64,000 bases of DNA from Candidatus Micrarchaeota archaeon RBG_16_49_10 (lineage in GTDB: Archaea; Aenigmatarchaeota; Aenigmatarchaeia; CG10238-14). Position numbers and translations under genes: made by a program. The DNA lies in NCBI GenBank assembly GCA_001784635.1, contig MFRS01000003.1:30777-94776 (forward strand), read 5' to 3'. Below the pieces are notes generated by a model. It was not told the origin of the DNA. It made no database searches and saw only the letters and a program-made list of their open reading frames with translations. Each line of letters opens with the position of its first letter. Position 1 is the stretch's first letter. Positions 30,887 to 39,804 of this stretch are shown here, one piece after another.

Positions 30887-32554
30887 ATGAGCGCTCGGGA
30901 CACGATACTTAAGCACACGCTACTCAACGCCCTCCAATACGGCGGCAAGGCAGATTTCAAGGCTGTCGTTGGGAAGATAATCTCTGAAAACCCCGACTTT
31001 AAGGACAATATGGGCGAACTTATCCCCACAATCAGGGGAGTGATAGAGGAGGTCAACTCATGGGGGTTGGAGAAGGTTGAGGAAAAAGTGAGGGATCTTG
31101 GTATAAAAATTGAGGAAAAGAAGATTGAAGCAAAAAAGACTCTCCCAGAGCTGAAAAACGTCAAATCCGGCAAAATTGTAATGAGAATGGCCCCTTTTCC
31201 TTCAGGGCCCTTGCATATAGGAAATACCAGAATGGCGATTTTGAATGATGAGTACGTCAAAAAGTATGGAGGAAAACTAATTCTGGTGATTGATGATACT
31301 ATAGGTTCGATTGATAAAATACCGACCAAAGAGGCTTACAATTTAATCAAAGATGGCTTGAATTGGATGGGTGTTAATTACCATGAAACTCGTCTAAAGT
31401 CCGACAGGATGGAATTCTTCTATGAATGGGCTGAGAAGTTAATTCAAATGGGCTTCGCTTATGTTTGTGAGTGCGATGTTGAAAAAATGAGAAAGTTGAG
31501 GAAGGAGGGCGAAGACTGTGGGTGTAGAGGATTGAAAACGGAAGAAAACTTGAAAAAATGGAAGGGGATGTTGAAAGGAAAATACAAGGAAGGAGAAGCT
31601 GTGGTTAGGCTTAAAACCAGTATGACAGACCCGAACCCCGCTTTCAGGGACAGAGTATTGCTGAGAATTTCCAGCAGGAGCCACCCGTTGGTTGGGAATA
31701 AATATCTTGTCTGGCCGATGTTGGAATTTTCCTGGGCTATAGATGACCATTTCCTTGGAATAACCCATATTTTAAGGGGAAAAGACCTTGTCATAGAGGA
31801 CTTGATGGAAAAATTCATTTGGGATTTAATGAAATGGGAGCATCCTGAATTGCTCCATTATGGTCTGTTAAGCATAGAAGGGCTTAAATTGAGCAAGTCG
31901 AAGGCCAGAAAAGCTATTGACGAAGATGAATACTCTGGATGGGAAGACCCGAGGACATGGAGTCTACAATCGCTAAAAAAAAGAGGTTTCAGGCCAGAAG
32001 CAGTAAGAAATTTCATACTAAGCTTTGGTATGAGCATGAACGACATTACTGTTCCCGCTGATGTATTGTATACTGAAAATAGAAAAATTATAGAGCCTGT
32101 GGCCAACAGATATTTCGCTGTTTTTGAGCCCAAGATACTTAAAATCGAGGGTTGCCCGGATATAAAAGAAGTTACAGAAGGTCTGCACCCGGATTTTCCC
32201 GAGAGGGGGAAGAGGAATGTGCCTGTCAACACCAAGATTATCCGCGTCTCAAAAGAGGATTATGTCAAATACAAAGGAAAAACTCTAAGGTTGATGGGGC
32301 TTTTCAACGTGTCCCTAAAGACCAAAGCTCTCTACGAAGGAAATGAGGTCATTCAGGAGATGCCGAAAATCCAGTGGGTCTCGGAGAAGAATGTCCCAAT
32401 AAAGATTGTGATGAACGACGGGAGTGTAATCGAGGGGCTGGCCGAGCCCGACATCGAGAAAGTGAGGGAAGGCGAGGCCATACAGTTCGTGAGGTTCGGC
32501 TTCTGCAGGCTGGATGATAAGAAGACGATGAAGTTCCACTTCACCCATAAATAA
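30887..32554 (+). CDS. gltX: Glutamate--tRNA ligase
   Basis: RMAPFPSGPLHIGN, THILRGKD, KLSKS, QFVRFGF. Confidence 0.97.
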   Translation: MSARDTILKHTLLNALQYGGKADFKAVVGKIISENPDFKDNMGELIPTIRGVIEEVNSWGLEKVEEKVRDLGIKIEEKKIEAKKTLPELKNVKSGKIVMRMAPFPSGPLHIGNTRMAILNDEYVKKYGGKLILVIDDTIGSIDKIPTKEAYNLIKDGLNWMGVNYHETRLKSDRMEFFYEWAEKLIQMGFAYVCECDVEKMRKLRKEGEDCGCRGLKTEENLKKWKGMLKGKYKEGEAVVRLKTSMTDPNPAFRDRVLLRISSRSHPLVGNKYLVWPMLEFSWAIDDHFLGITHILRGKDLVIEDLMEKFIWDLMKWEHPELLHYGLLSIEGLKLSKSKARKAIDEDEYSGWEDPRTWSLQSLKKRGFRPEAVRNFILSFGMSMNDITVPADVLYTENRKIIEPVANRYFAVFEPKILKIEGCPDIKEVTEGLHPDFPERGKRNVPVNTKIIRVSKEDYVKYKGKTLRLMGLFNVSLKTKALYEGNEVIQEMPKIQWVSEKNVPIKIVMNDGSVIEGLAEPDIEKVREGEAIQFVRFGFCRLDDKKTMKFHFTHK

Positions 32555-32594
32555 GATTTAAATTATTGATAGACCATCGTTATTTTAGATTTAC

Positions 32595-32921
32595 ATGACT
32601 GCAACAATAGTAGGCGGGTACATTCCTAGGACCCTTACTGATTCTGAGATTGCAGCAAGTATGAGAAAAAGGCAGATACTGACTAGAGAAACTGCTCTCG
32701 CAAAAGCACAATTGGAAGCAGAAAAAAATGCTCAACGGTATATCGGTTGTAAGATTAATCTGATTGAGGACGCAGAAAGACTTGCACCTCAAGATCCCGT
32801 GTTAAGATGTGCTTATTTAAGGAGACTGCATGAAATTACAGGGCTTAATCCAAAAAGCCCATATGAATTCTCAGAACATGATATTAAAATGTGGCCATAC
32901 ACTGGTCAACTTCCAAGATAA
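32595..32921 (+). CDS. Hypothetical protein (ORFan)
   Basis: 108-aa ORF filling the gltX-rpl7ae gap; no recognised motif. Confidence 0.5.
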   Translation: MTATIVGGYIPRTLTDSEIAASMRKRQILTRETALAKAQLEAEKNAQRYIGCKINLIEDAERLAPQDPVLRCAYLRRLHEITGLNPKSPYEFSEHDIKMWPYTGQLPR

Positions 32922-33024
32922 TTCTTTTAAACAGCAAATGAAACCTTTATAAGTTTTCAAGGTGTATGATGTTTAGCACAACTGTGCGGGATGATTGATC
33001 CAATTGAATTGGAGGTGAAATTAG

Positions 33025-33381
33025 ATGACTAAGTTGGAGGTTCCGAAAGAGGTTTCTGATAGGGTCTATCAGGTGTTGGAAGTCGTCAAAAACACGGGTA
33101 AGATAAGAAAAGGGATAAACGAAGTGACGAAGTCCATTGAAAGGGGCGAGGCCAAGCTGGTTGTTATAGCCACTGACGTCAGCCCGATAGAGATAACGAT
33201 GCACATACCTGTTCTGTGCGACGAGAAGAAGTGCGAGTACGTTTACGTGCCCTCTAAGGAGGAGCTCGGTAGGTCTGTGGGTATAAATGTCCCCACGTCG
33301 GCCGTGTCCATAGTGAACGTCGGGGAAGGGAAGAACTCTTTGGACGAGATAATCAAAAAATTGAGGGATCTGAAGAAGTGA
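33025..33381 (+). CDS. rpl7ae: 50S ribosomal protein L7Ae
   Basis: [27 protein letters not shown]. Confidence 0.97.
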   Translation: MTKLEVPKEVSDRVYQVLEVVKNTGKIRKGINEVTKSIERGEAKLVVIATDVSPIEITMHIPVLCDEKKCEYVYVPSKEELGRSVGINVPTSAVSIVNVGEGKNSLDEIIKKLRDLKK

Positions 33382-33385
33382 TTTC

Positions 33386-33592
33386 ATGGCTGTCGACGCT
33401 GTGCCTGCAGAGGTAGTCGAACTTTTGGGTAGGACGGGTGTCCGAGGCGTGATGCGGGTCAGGTGTAGGGTCATGGACGGCTCCGACAAAGGGAAGGTCC
33501 TGATAAGGAACGTGTTCGGGCCGGTCAGGATAAAGGACATACTGATGCTGAAAGAGACGGAGATGGAGTTCTCCGGGAAGATGGAAAGGTGA
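33386..33592 (+). CDS. rps28e: 30S ribosomal protein S28e
   Basis: [14 protein letters not shown]...RNVFGPVR. Confidence 0.95.
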   Translation: MAVDAVPAEVVELLGRTGVRGVMRVRCRVMDGSDKGKVLIRNVFGPVRIKDILMLKETEMEFSGKMER

Positions 33593-33598
33593 TAGCTG

Positions 33599-33781
33599 GT
33601 GGCCAAATGCTCTTTTTGCGGCAACAAGCTGGAAAGCGGGACTGGGTTGATGCTTGCGCTCAAGTCTAACAGGGTCCTCTACTTCTGCAGGAAAAAGTGC
33701 GAGAAGAATTGGCGGATGGGGAGGAACCCGAAGAAGCTCAAGTGGACAGAATCGGGGATGGCCTCTAAAGAGGAGGCGTGA
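33599..33781 (+). CDS. rpl24e: 50S ribosomal protein L24e
   Basis: CSFCG...GTGLM...FC..KC.KN...RNP.KLKWT. Confidence 0.95.
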   Translation: MAKCSFCGNKLESGTGLMLALKSNRVLYFCRKKCEKNWRMGRNPKKLKWTESGMASKEEA

Positions 33782-33845
33782 CTTCTCCCGGATTCGAATC
33801 AATTTTAAGATGTTTTTTCAAAAGATTATGAGACAGTGAAAACAT

Positions 33846-33932
33846 GGGCCAGTAGATCAACTCGGTAGATCGCTTCCTTGGCGACTTCGGACAAATTGGA
33901 AGAGGCTGGGGGTTCAAATCCCTCCTGGTCCA
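33846..33932 (+). tRNA. tRNA-Ala(GGC) with 13-nt intron at 37/38 (33884-33896)
   Basis: G3:U70 identity pair in GGGCCAG/CTGGTCC-A; stem CTTCC/GGAAG encloses 20 nt (7-nt loop plus 13-nt intron). Confidence 0.88.
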
Positions 33933-33986
33933 TCAAAGGACCTTTAAAAGCTTAAAAAGTTTTACAACATAATATTTGTGAGATTT

Positions 33987-34460
33987 ATGGCAGAAAAGCA
34001 GGAATTAAGGGGTATTGTAAGGCTGGCAGGCGCTGACATGGAGGGTGGAAAGCAGCTTTTCATAGCCTTGCGAAAAGTGAAGGGGATTGGCCCTGCGATG
34101 GCGAGTGCCATAATAAAGGCAGGCAGCTTCGAGCCCCGTGAAAAGATTGGTCTGCTTCCCGATGCCGACATCAAGAAGATTGAGGACATAATGACCAACC
34201 CAAAGAAATATCATATTCCTTACTGGATGTACAACAGGAAGAAGAACCCTGAAACTGGCGACGACCAGCACTTGATAAGCGCCGAGCTGACCTTCGCGAA
34301 CAGGCAGGACATCAAAAACCTGATAGACATGAAGTGCTACAGGGGTACGAGGCACATGTACGGGCTTCCGGCGAGGGGGCAAAGAACCAGGAGCTCGTTC
34401 AGAAAGGGCAAGAGCATGGGCGTAGTCAAGAAGAAGAGCAAGCCGGCAACCAAGAAGTGA
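33987..34460 (+). CDS. rps13: 30S ribosomal protein S13
   Basis: IVRLAG.D, VKGIG, YNRKKNPETG, YRGTRH..GLP.RGQRTRS. Confidence 0.96.
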   Translation: MAEKQELRGIVRLAGADMEGGKQLFIALRKVKGIGPAMASAIIKAGSFEPREKIGLLPDADIKKIEDIMTNPKKYHIPYWMYNRKKNPETGDDQHLISAELTFANRQDIKNLIDMKCYRGTRHMYGLPARGQRTRSSFRKGKSMGVVKKKSKPATKK

Positions 34461-34465
34461 TTCTG

Positions 34466-34972
34466 ATGAGGAAAATTACGAAAAAGTATACCAAACCCAG
34501 AAGGCCTTGGGACAAGGAGAGGAATGAGGGGGAAAAGAAGTTGAAGATAAAGTATGGCCTGAGGAGAAAAAGGGAGATTTGGAAGGCCATCTCAATTCTG
34601 AGGAAATTCAGGAGCAGGGCCAGGGAGATAGCCGCAAAGAAGGACGCGGAAGCTGAGAAAATTCTCATAGACCACCTCAACAAGCTGGGTGTATTGGATG
34701 CGGAGGCGAAACTTAACAGCGTGCTCGGCCTGACGGTGGAGGATATCCTCAAAAGGAGGATGCAGACCGTCGTATTCGAAAAGGGCCTCGCAAACACGCA
34801 GAAGGAGGCCAGGCAGATGATAACTCATGGTCATATAGCTGTTGACAGCAGGAAATTTTTCTTCCCGAGCGCCCTTGTGACAAGGGACATGGAACCAAAA
34901 ATATCCTATTATGGAGGCTTTTCCCCAAAGAGGGTAGAGAAGGCAGGTGAGGCTGGTGGCGAAGGAGCTTAA
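34466..34972 (+). CDS. rps4: 30S ribosomal protein S4
   Basis: [40 protein letters not shown]. Confidence 0.96.
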   Translation: MRKITKKYTKPRRPWDKERNEGEKKLKIKYGLRRKREIWKAISILRKFRSRAREIAAKKDAEAEKILIDHLNKLGVLDAEAKLNSVLGLTVEDILKRRMQTVVFEKGLANTQKEARQMITHGHIAVDSRKFFFPSALVTRDMEPKISYYGGFSPKRVEKAGEAGGEGA

Positions 34973-35399
34973 GAAAAAGGCTATAGAGAAGAAGTACGAG
35001 CTTAAGGCCGACAAAGAGGGTGTGTGGGGAGTGGCCCACATATTTTCGACGGCAAACAACACCATAATCCATGTCACCGACCTGACTTGCGCCGAGACGA
35101 TTTCAAAGTACTCCGGCGGGATGATCACCACGAAGGACAGGGAGAAAGGCAGCGCCTTCCCGGCGATGCAAGCCGCAAAGAAGGCCGCTGAGGAGGCGAA
35201 AGAGAAGGGTATAATCGGCGTCCACATAAGAGTGAGAGGAAAGGGGGGAAACAAGAAGAAGGCACCTGGCCAGGGAGCGCAACCGGCGATAAGGGCTTTG
35301 GCGAGGAGCGGCTTGAGGATTGGACTTATAGAGGATACGACACCCATACCGACCGACTCGATAAAGAGGAAGGGCGGCAGAAGGGGGAGAAGGGTATAA
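34956..35399 (+). CDS. rps11: 30S ribosomal protein S11
   Basis: [38 protein letters not shown]. Confidence 0.96.
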   Translation: MAKELKKKAIEKKYELKADKEGVWGVAHIFSTANNTIIHVTDLTCAETISKYSGGMITTKDREKGSAFPAMQAAKKAAEEAKEKGIIGVHIRVRGKGGNKKKAPGQGAQPAIRALARSGLRIGLIEDTTPIPTDSIKRKGGRRGRRV

Positions 35400-35410
35400 A
35401 AGGTGATTTT

Positions 35411-36022
35411 TTGAAGGTGAAGGTTACAGAAGTTGGGGATATGAACGCGAGTTTCGAAATCGATGATATAACACCGGCTTTGGCCGGCGAACTAAGGCAT
35501 ATAATGATATCTGAGATGCCCACCATGGCCATAGAGGTCGTCGACTTCGCCAGAAACGAGGGTGTGCTGTGGAACGAGATAGTGGCGAATAGGCTGGGGT
35601 TGATCCCGTTGACGTACGATAAGAAGTACCACAACCTCAAGGAGGAGTGTAGTTGCAAAGGCAAGGGATGCTCCAAGTGCAGCGTGCACCTGGTGTTGAA
35701 GAAGAAGGGGCCTGCGGTGGTATACTCCAGCGACTTGAAAAGCTCGGACGACAAGGTGAAGCCCGTGTATGATAAAATACCAATCGCCGAGCTGGTGGAA
35801 AACCAGGAGATGGAATTTGAGGCTATCGCTGAGCTCGGCTTTGGTAAGGACCATGCCAAGTGGCAGGGCGCCGTGGTCGGCTATGAGGAGAGCAAGGGCA
35901 AATACTCGTTCTTCGTGGAGAGTGTCTGCGGCCTGAGCGCGAAGGACATCGTGGTCATGTCCTTGGAGATATTGCAGACGAAGCTGGACGACTTCTCCTC
36001 GGACGTAGGGAAATTAAAATAG
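35411..36022 (+). CDS. rpoD: RNA polymerase subunit D (Rpo3), short form without Fe-S domain
   Basis: SEMPTMAIE, RLGLIPL, CSC...CSKC, G.GKDHAKWQ, FFVES.CGL. Confidence 0.95.
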   Translation: MKVKVTEVGDMNASFEIDDITPALAGELRHIMISEMPTMAIEVVDFARNEGVLWNEIVANRLGLIPLTYDKKYHNLKEECSCKGKGCSKCSVHLVLKKKGPAVVYSSDLKSSDDKVKPVYDKIPIAELVENQEMEFEAIAELGFGKDHAKWQGAVVGYEESKGKYSFFVESVCGLSAKDIVVMSLEILQTKLDDFSSDVGKLK

Positions 36023-36052
36023 CTAATCCTATAGTTATAATTTAGTGGCAAA

Positions 36053-36166
36053 GCAGGGGTAGCCAAGCGGCCAACGGCGCAGGTTCTTTGGATGTGAGAC
36101 TTAAGATAGCCGTTTGGGATATCCTGTCCCTTAGTGGGTTCGAGAGTTCAAATCTCTCCCCCTGCA
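36053..36166 (+). tRNA. tRNA-Leu(TAA) with two 15-nt introns at 30/31 (36084-36098) and 37/38 (36106-36120)
   Basis: Spliced arm CAGGA-CTTAAGA-TCCTG, long variable arm, acceptor GCAGGGG/CCCCTGC-A; BHB helices CGCA/TGTG and CTTA/TGGG. Confidence 0.88.
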
Positions 36167-36213
36167 TATATCCCCAAAAGTATAAGATTTGGTATTTCTG
36201 TTATTTTTAACAG

Positions 36214-36299
36214 GCAGGGGTCGGATAGCATGGCCAATTCCGTTAGGTTCAGAGCCTAATCCCTTAGTGGGTTCGAGAGTTCAAATCTCTCCCCCTGCA
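36214..36299 (+). tRNA. tRNA-Leu(CAG), intronless
   Basis: TTAGG-TTCAGAG-CCTAA arm, long variable arm, GCAGGGG/CCCCTGC-A. Confidence 0.92.
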
Positions 36300-36325
36300 T
36301 CTATTCTGTAGTTAAATCTCTTATT

Positions 36326-36877
36326 TTATTCCTTAATTCTGAGAAGCAGTAATGTTCCAACTAGATAAAATAATGAACAAAAATAAAATATTAATTTGAA
36401 CCCAAATTTACCGATTAAAAACCCACCAAGAATTACTGCCAAACCAGCAAATATACCAACTATTGCATTGTATTTTCCAATATTAAGCCCTCTCGTTGTT
36501 TTTTCTGTAATATCTCCGAGAAATGAAAGTTCAGAAGTGCCATATATGGAAGAAATTATACCGTTAAGCACCTGAAGTGCAAACAACTGCCAGAGGGAAT
36601 TAATGATGGTGTAAAGAAAGACTGTTAAGGCCGATATAAAACCACTAGCTATTAAAAAAGGCTTTCTTCCAAATTTATCTGAATATTTACCGCCAAAATA
36701 TGATGTCGACGCTTGTGCTATCGTCATCAGACCAACAGATATACCAAAATTTTCAATACTCCCGCCCATTTTTTCTATGAAAAGAAAATAGAATGAGCCA
36801 AATAAACCAGCAGCAAAATAGACGATAGAATTTGATAATATGAAAGCCTTCAAATTTAGATTGCCCTGTTCTTCCAT
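36326..36877 (-). CDS. Half-size (6-TM) MFS transporter
   Basis: MFS motif A GKYSDKFGRKP; six hydrophobic segments in only 183 aa. Confidence 0.8.
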   Translation of the reverse strand: MEEQGNLNLKAFILSNSIVYFAAGLFGSFYFLFIEKMGGSIENFGISVGLMTIAQASTSYFGGKYSDKFGRKPFLIASGFISALTVFLYTIINSLWQLFALQVLNGIISSIYGTSELSFLGDITEKTTRGLNIGKYNAIVGIFAGLAVILGGFLIGKFGFKLIFYFCSLFYLVGTLLLLRIKE

Positions 36878-36992
36878 AAGGTTTAATAATTCTTTGAAAA
36901 TAAATAAAAACCGATAAATTATTGTGAGATTTAACTGTAATTGAAGCGCACTCCCCCTGCATTTTTTAATACTGAAAATTAGAAATTAAGTT

Positions 36993-37289
36993 ATGAACAA
37001 AAAAATCCTTATCCCGATAGTCTTGCTGATAGCGATTGCCGTTTATTTTGTGTCGGCCACTATATACGGTTCATACGTCAAAGAGAAGGAAGATAGACTG
37101 CAATACTGTGAAACTGATTTGGATTGTATAAAGAGCCCTTGCTGCTATTCCTGCAACACCATAGCGTATGCCAATTATCTAAAGGAAAGGGGCGGGGTAA
37201 GGCTTAATTGTATGCAGGTGGCTTGCCACAAAGAGTTTGGCTGCAGTTGTGTTGACAACAAATGCGTGCCGAATGGGGATGCGTTTTGA
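36993..37289 (+). CDS. Small membrane-anchored Cys-rich extracellular protein
   Basis: N-terminal TM/signal, then 10 Cys (CETDLDC...CC..C...C....C.....C.C....C). Confidence 0.7.
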   Translation: MNKKILIPIVLLIAIAVYFVSATIYGSYVKEKEDRLQYCETDLDCIKSPCCYSCNTIAYANYLKERGGVRLNCMQVACHKEFGCSCVDNKCVPNGDAF

Positions 37290-37575
37290 TTAGCCGTTTA
37301 CTTTCCATAAAAACTGGCCTTAATTTTAAAGCTAAAACAATAGCCTTTCTCCTAATCTACCTAACAAGAGTCTGAACAGAGTAGAGAATTAATCCTTTAT
37401 TTCTTTTCCTTTTTCTTGAATTTTGCGAAAAACTTCTTGAAACACATGGAATATAATTTGCCGTCCCGGTAAATAAGTTTTTCCGGCTTCGGGAAAAGTG
37501 AGAGTACGCCGGTAGGGGAGATAACAGAAATAAGCTCTAAAATTTAAATATTAACCCGAAAGAAGTATGTAGGTT

Positions 37576-38358
37576 TTGGTTATGGTAAGGAAAAGGGGCT
37601 TTCCGGATGAGGGTGAGGTCGTAATAGTCACCATAAGGGACATAACCCCCTACTCCGCATCCTGCGTGTTGGACGAGTACCCAGGGAAGGAGGGGATGAT
37701 CCACATCTCAGAGGTCTCCGGGAAGTGGGTCAGGGACATAAAGAAGATTGTGAAGAAGGACAAGAAGTATTCCGCAAGGGTCTTGAAGGTTGACGAGTCG
37801 AATGGCCACATAAACCTCAGCCTTAAGAGGCTTTCCAAGAAGAACAAGGAGCAGAAGCTTCAGGAGTACAAGAACGAGGAGAAGGCGGAGAAGATACTGG
37901 AGGAGATGGGAAAGAAGCTTGGCTTGAAGTTGGACGATGCCTACAAGAAGTTCGGCTTCGACCTGCAGGAAAAGTTCGGTACCCTCTTCAAGGCCTTCGA
38001 GGAGGGTTTCCAATCCCCGGACGTCTTGGTAAAGAGAGGCGTGGACAGGAAGATAGCCGAGGTTATCCATGAGGTCGCAAAAGTCTCCATACAGAAGAAG
38101 AAGGTCAAGCTGAAGGCCGTTGTGGAAATCAAGTCGTTTTCCGGCGATGGGATAGAGAAGTTGAAGGAGTACTTCAAAGAGCTGAACAAGGATGGCAAGC
38201 TGGAAATAAAATATATTAGCGCGCCAAAGTATAGTGTAGAGGTAGTGACCGACAATCCGAAGTCCGAAAAGAAGTTGCTGAAGGACCGCCTTACGAATTC
38301 AGCGGAGAACTTGAAGGATATGGAGGTAACCTTTAGGATAGCAGGTGAGAAGCAATGA
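37576..38358 (+). CDS. eif2a: Translation initiation factor aIF-2 alpha
   Basis: FPDEGEVV, LDEY.GKEGMIHISEVS..WVRDI, INLSLKR, YISAPKY. Confidence 0.96.
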   Translation: MVMVRKRGFPDEGEVVIVTIRDITPYSASCVLDEYPGKEGMIHISEVSGKWVRDIKKIVKKDKKYSARVLKVDESNGHINLSLKRLSKKNKEQKLQEYKNEEKAEKILEEMGKKLGLKLDDAYKKFGFDLQEKFGTLFKAFEEGFQSPDVLVKRGVDRKIAEVIHEVAKVSIQKKKVKLKAVVEIKSFSGDGIEKLKEYFKELNKDGKLEIKYISAPKYSVEVVTDNPKSEKKLLKDRLTNSAENLKDMEVTFRIAGEKQ

Positions 38359-39158
38359 CGACATACATAAAAACTATTGGGGAGCTCCCGAAGCTCAAAG
38401 ACCCGATATTCATTGAGGGTTTGCCCGGAGTAGGGAATATAGGGAGGATAGCAGTCGGCTACCTCATAGAGCAGCTTAAGACTGTCAAATTCGCGGAGTT
38501 GTTCTCCGATCACTTCATGCCCTTCGTGCTCATCCACCAGAGCTCGGCCGTCCATGTCCTGAAGAACGAGTTTTTCTATTGGAAGGCCGAAAAGGAAGGG
38601 CAGAACGACATTATATTCTTCGTGGGGGACAGCCAGAGCATAGACCCCGCCGGCCACTACGAGATAGTCGAAGAGGTTCTGAATTTCATAGAGAAGCTGG
38701 GTGTGAAGCAGGTTGTCACTACAGCCGGTTTGAGCGTGGGAGAGGAGAGCAAGGACGAGGCTGTGATAGGCGTGGTGAGCGACCCTCCTCTCAAGGAAAG
38801 GTACTCGAATTTGGGGATTGACTTCGACAGCGGCAGCAAAATCGGGACAATAATAGGGGCCTCTGGCCTTTTCCTGGGGCTGGGAAGATATAGGGGAATG
38901 GAAGGTATTTGCCTTCTTGGCGAGACATCGAACTTGCCTGAGATACCGGATCCGAAGACGGCCGAAAACGTCCTGAAGATATTGGTCAAGATGCTCAATC
39001 TGGAGATAAATCTGGCCGAACTTGAGGAGAAGATAAAGGAAATGAAGAAGTTCATGAAGAAGATAGAGAGCGTCCAGACAAAGGCCTTGGCGCAGATGTT
39101 TTCCGATCAGATGAAGCAGAAGTCGGGAGAGGGCGAAGAGCTTAAATATATTGGCTGA
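38355..39158 (+). CDS. PAC2 family proteasome assembly chaperone
   Basis: FIEGLPGVGNIG, GDSQ, IIGASGL, CLLGET, PDPK; usual neighbour of aIF-2 alpha. Confidence 0.9.
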   Translation: MTTYIKTIGELPKLKDPIFIEGLPGVGNIGRIAVGYLIEQLKTVKFAELFSDHFMPFVLIHQSSAVHVLKNEFFYWKAEKEGQNDIIFFVGDSQSIDPAGHYEIVEEVLNFIEKLGVKQVVTTAGLSVGEESKDEAVIGVVSDPPLKERYSNLGIDFDSGSKIGTIIGASGLFLGLGRYRGMEGICLLGETSNLPEIPDPKTAENVLKILVKMLNLEINLAELEEKIKEMKKFMKKIESVQTKALAQMFSDQMKQKSGEGEELKYIG

Positions 39159-39177
39159 CTTCTAATTTAGTGATACA

Positions 39178-39765
39178 ATGGCTGAAGAAGAAACCCTCAT
39201 ACCGAAGCAAGAATACCTGTCCGCCGGGATACACATCGGCATGAAATCAAAGACGAAGGACATGGAGAAGTTCGTCTACAAGGTCAGGGAGGATGGGTTG
39301 GCTGTTCTGAATCTCAAGCTTCTGGACGAGAGGCTGGGTATTGCCGCCAATTTCCTTGCCGGTATGAAAAGAGTTTTGGTCGTCGGCAGGAGGCCAATAG
39401 TGCACGAGGCTATAAAAAAGTTTTCCGAGGCGACCGGCAACGAATACATAAAAGGGAGGTTCATGCCTGGAACCTTAACTAATCCCAATTACAGCAGTTT
39501 CACGGAGCCGGATGCGGTATTGATAACGGACCCCGTGACAGACAAACAGGCCCTAAAGGAGGCCACTGACATGAGGATACCTGTGGTCGCGCTGGTGGGC
39601 ACATCAAACGAAACCAGAGGCATTGACTTTATAGTCCCCTGCAACAATAAAGGGAAAAAGTCCCTAGCGATAGTGTACTGGGTTTTGGCCAAGGAAATTT
39701 CGAAAAAGAGGGGAAAAGATTTCAATTATACCCTAAATGATTTCATAGGCGAGGAAGAAGGTTAG
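39178..39765 (+). CDS. rps2: 30S ribosomal protein S2
   Basis: YLSAGIHIG, GRFMPGTLTNP, DP..DKQA, PCNNKG.KSLA. Confidence 0.96.
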   Translation: MAEEETLIPKQEYLSAGIHIGMKSKTKDMEKFVYKVREDGLAVLNLKLLDERLGIAANFLAGMKRVLVVGRRPIVHEAIKKFSEATGNEYIKGRFMPGTLTNPNYSSFTEPDAVLITDPVTDKQALKEATDMRIPVVALVGTSNETRGIDFIVPCNNKGKKSLAIVYWVLAKEISKKRGKDFNYTLNDFIGEEEG

Positions 39766-39804
39766 TTTATTTAAACCAAAAAGATATAATAATTCTTGAT
39801 AGGT

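Noticed and set aside
34334..34465. Extended rps4 N-terminus overlapping rps13
   Set aside because: S4 similarity starts at MRKITKK (34466), which has its own SD
36127..36300. 41-bp exact direct repeat of a tRNA-Leu 3' end, resembling attL/attR
   Set aside because: Both copies belong to complete tRNA-Leu genes 47 bp apart and there is no integrase; paralogy or gene conversion explains it
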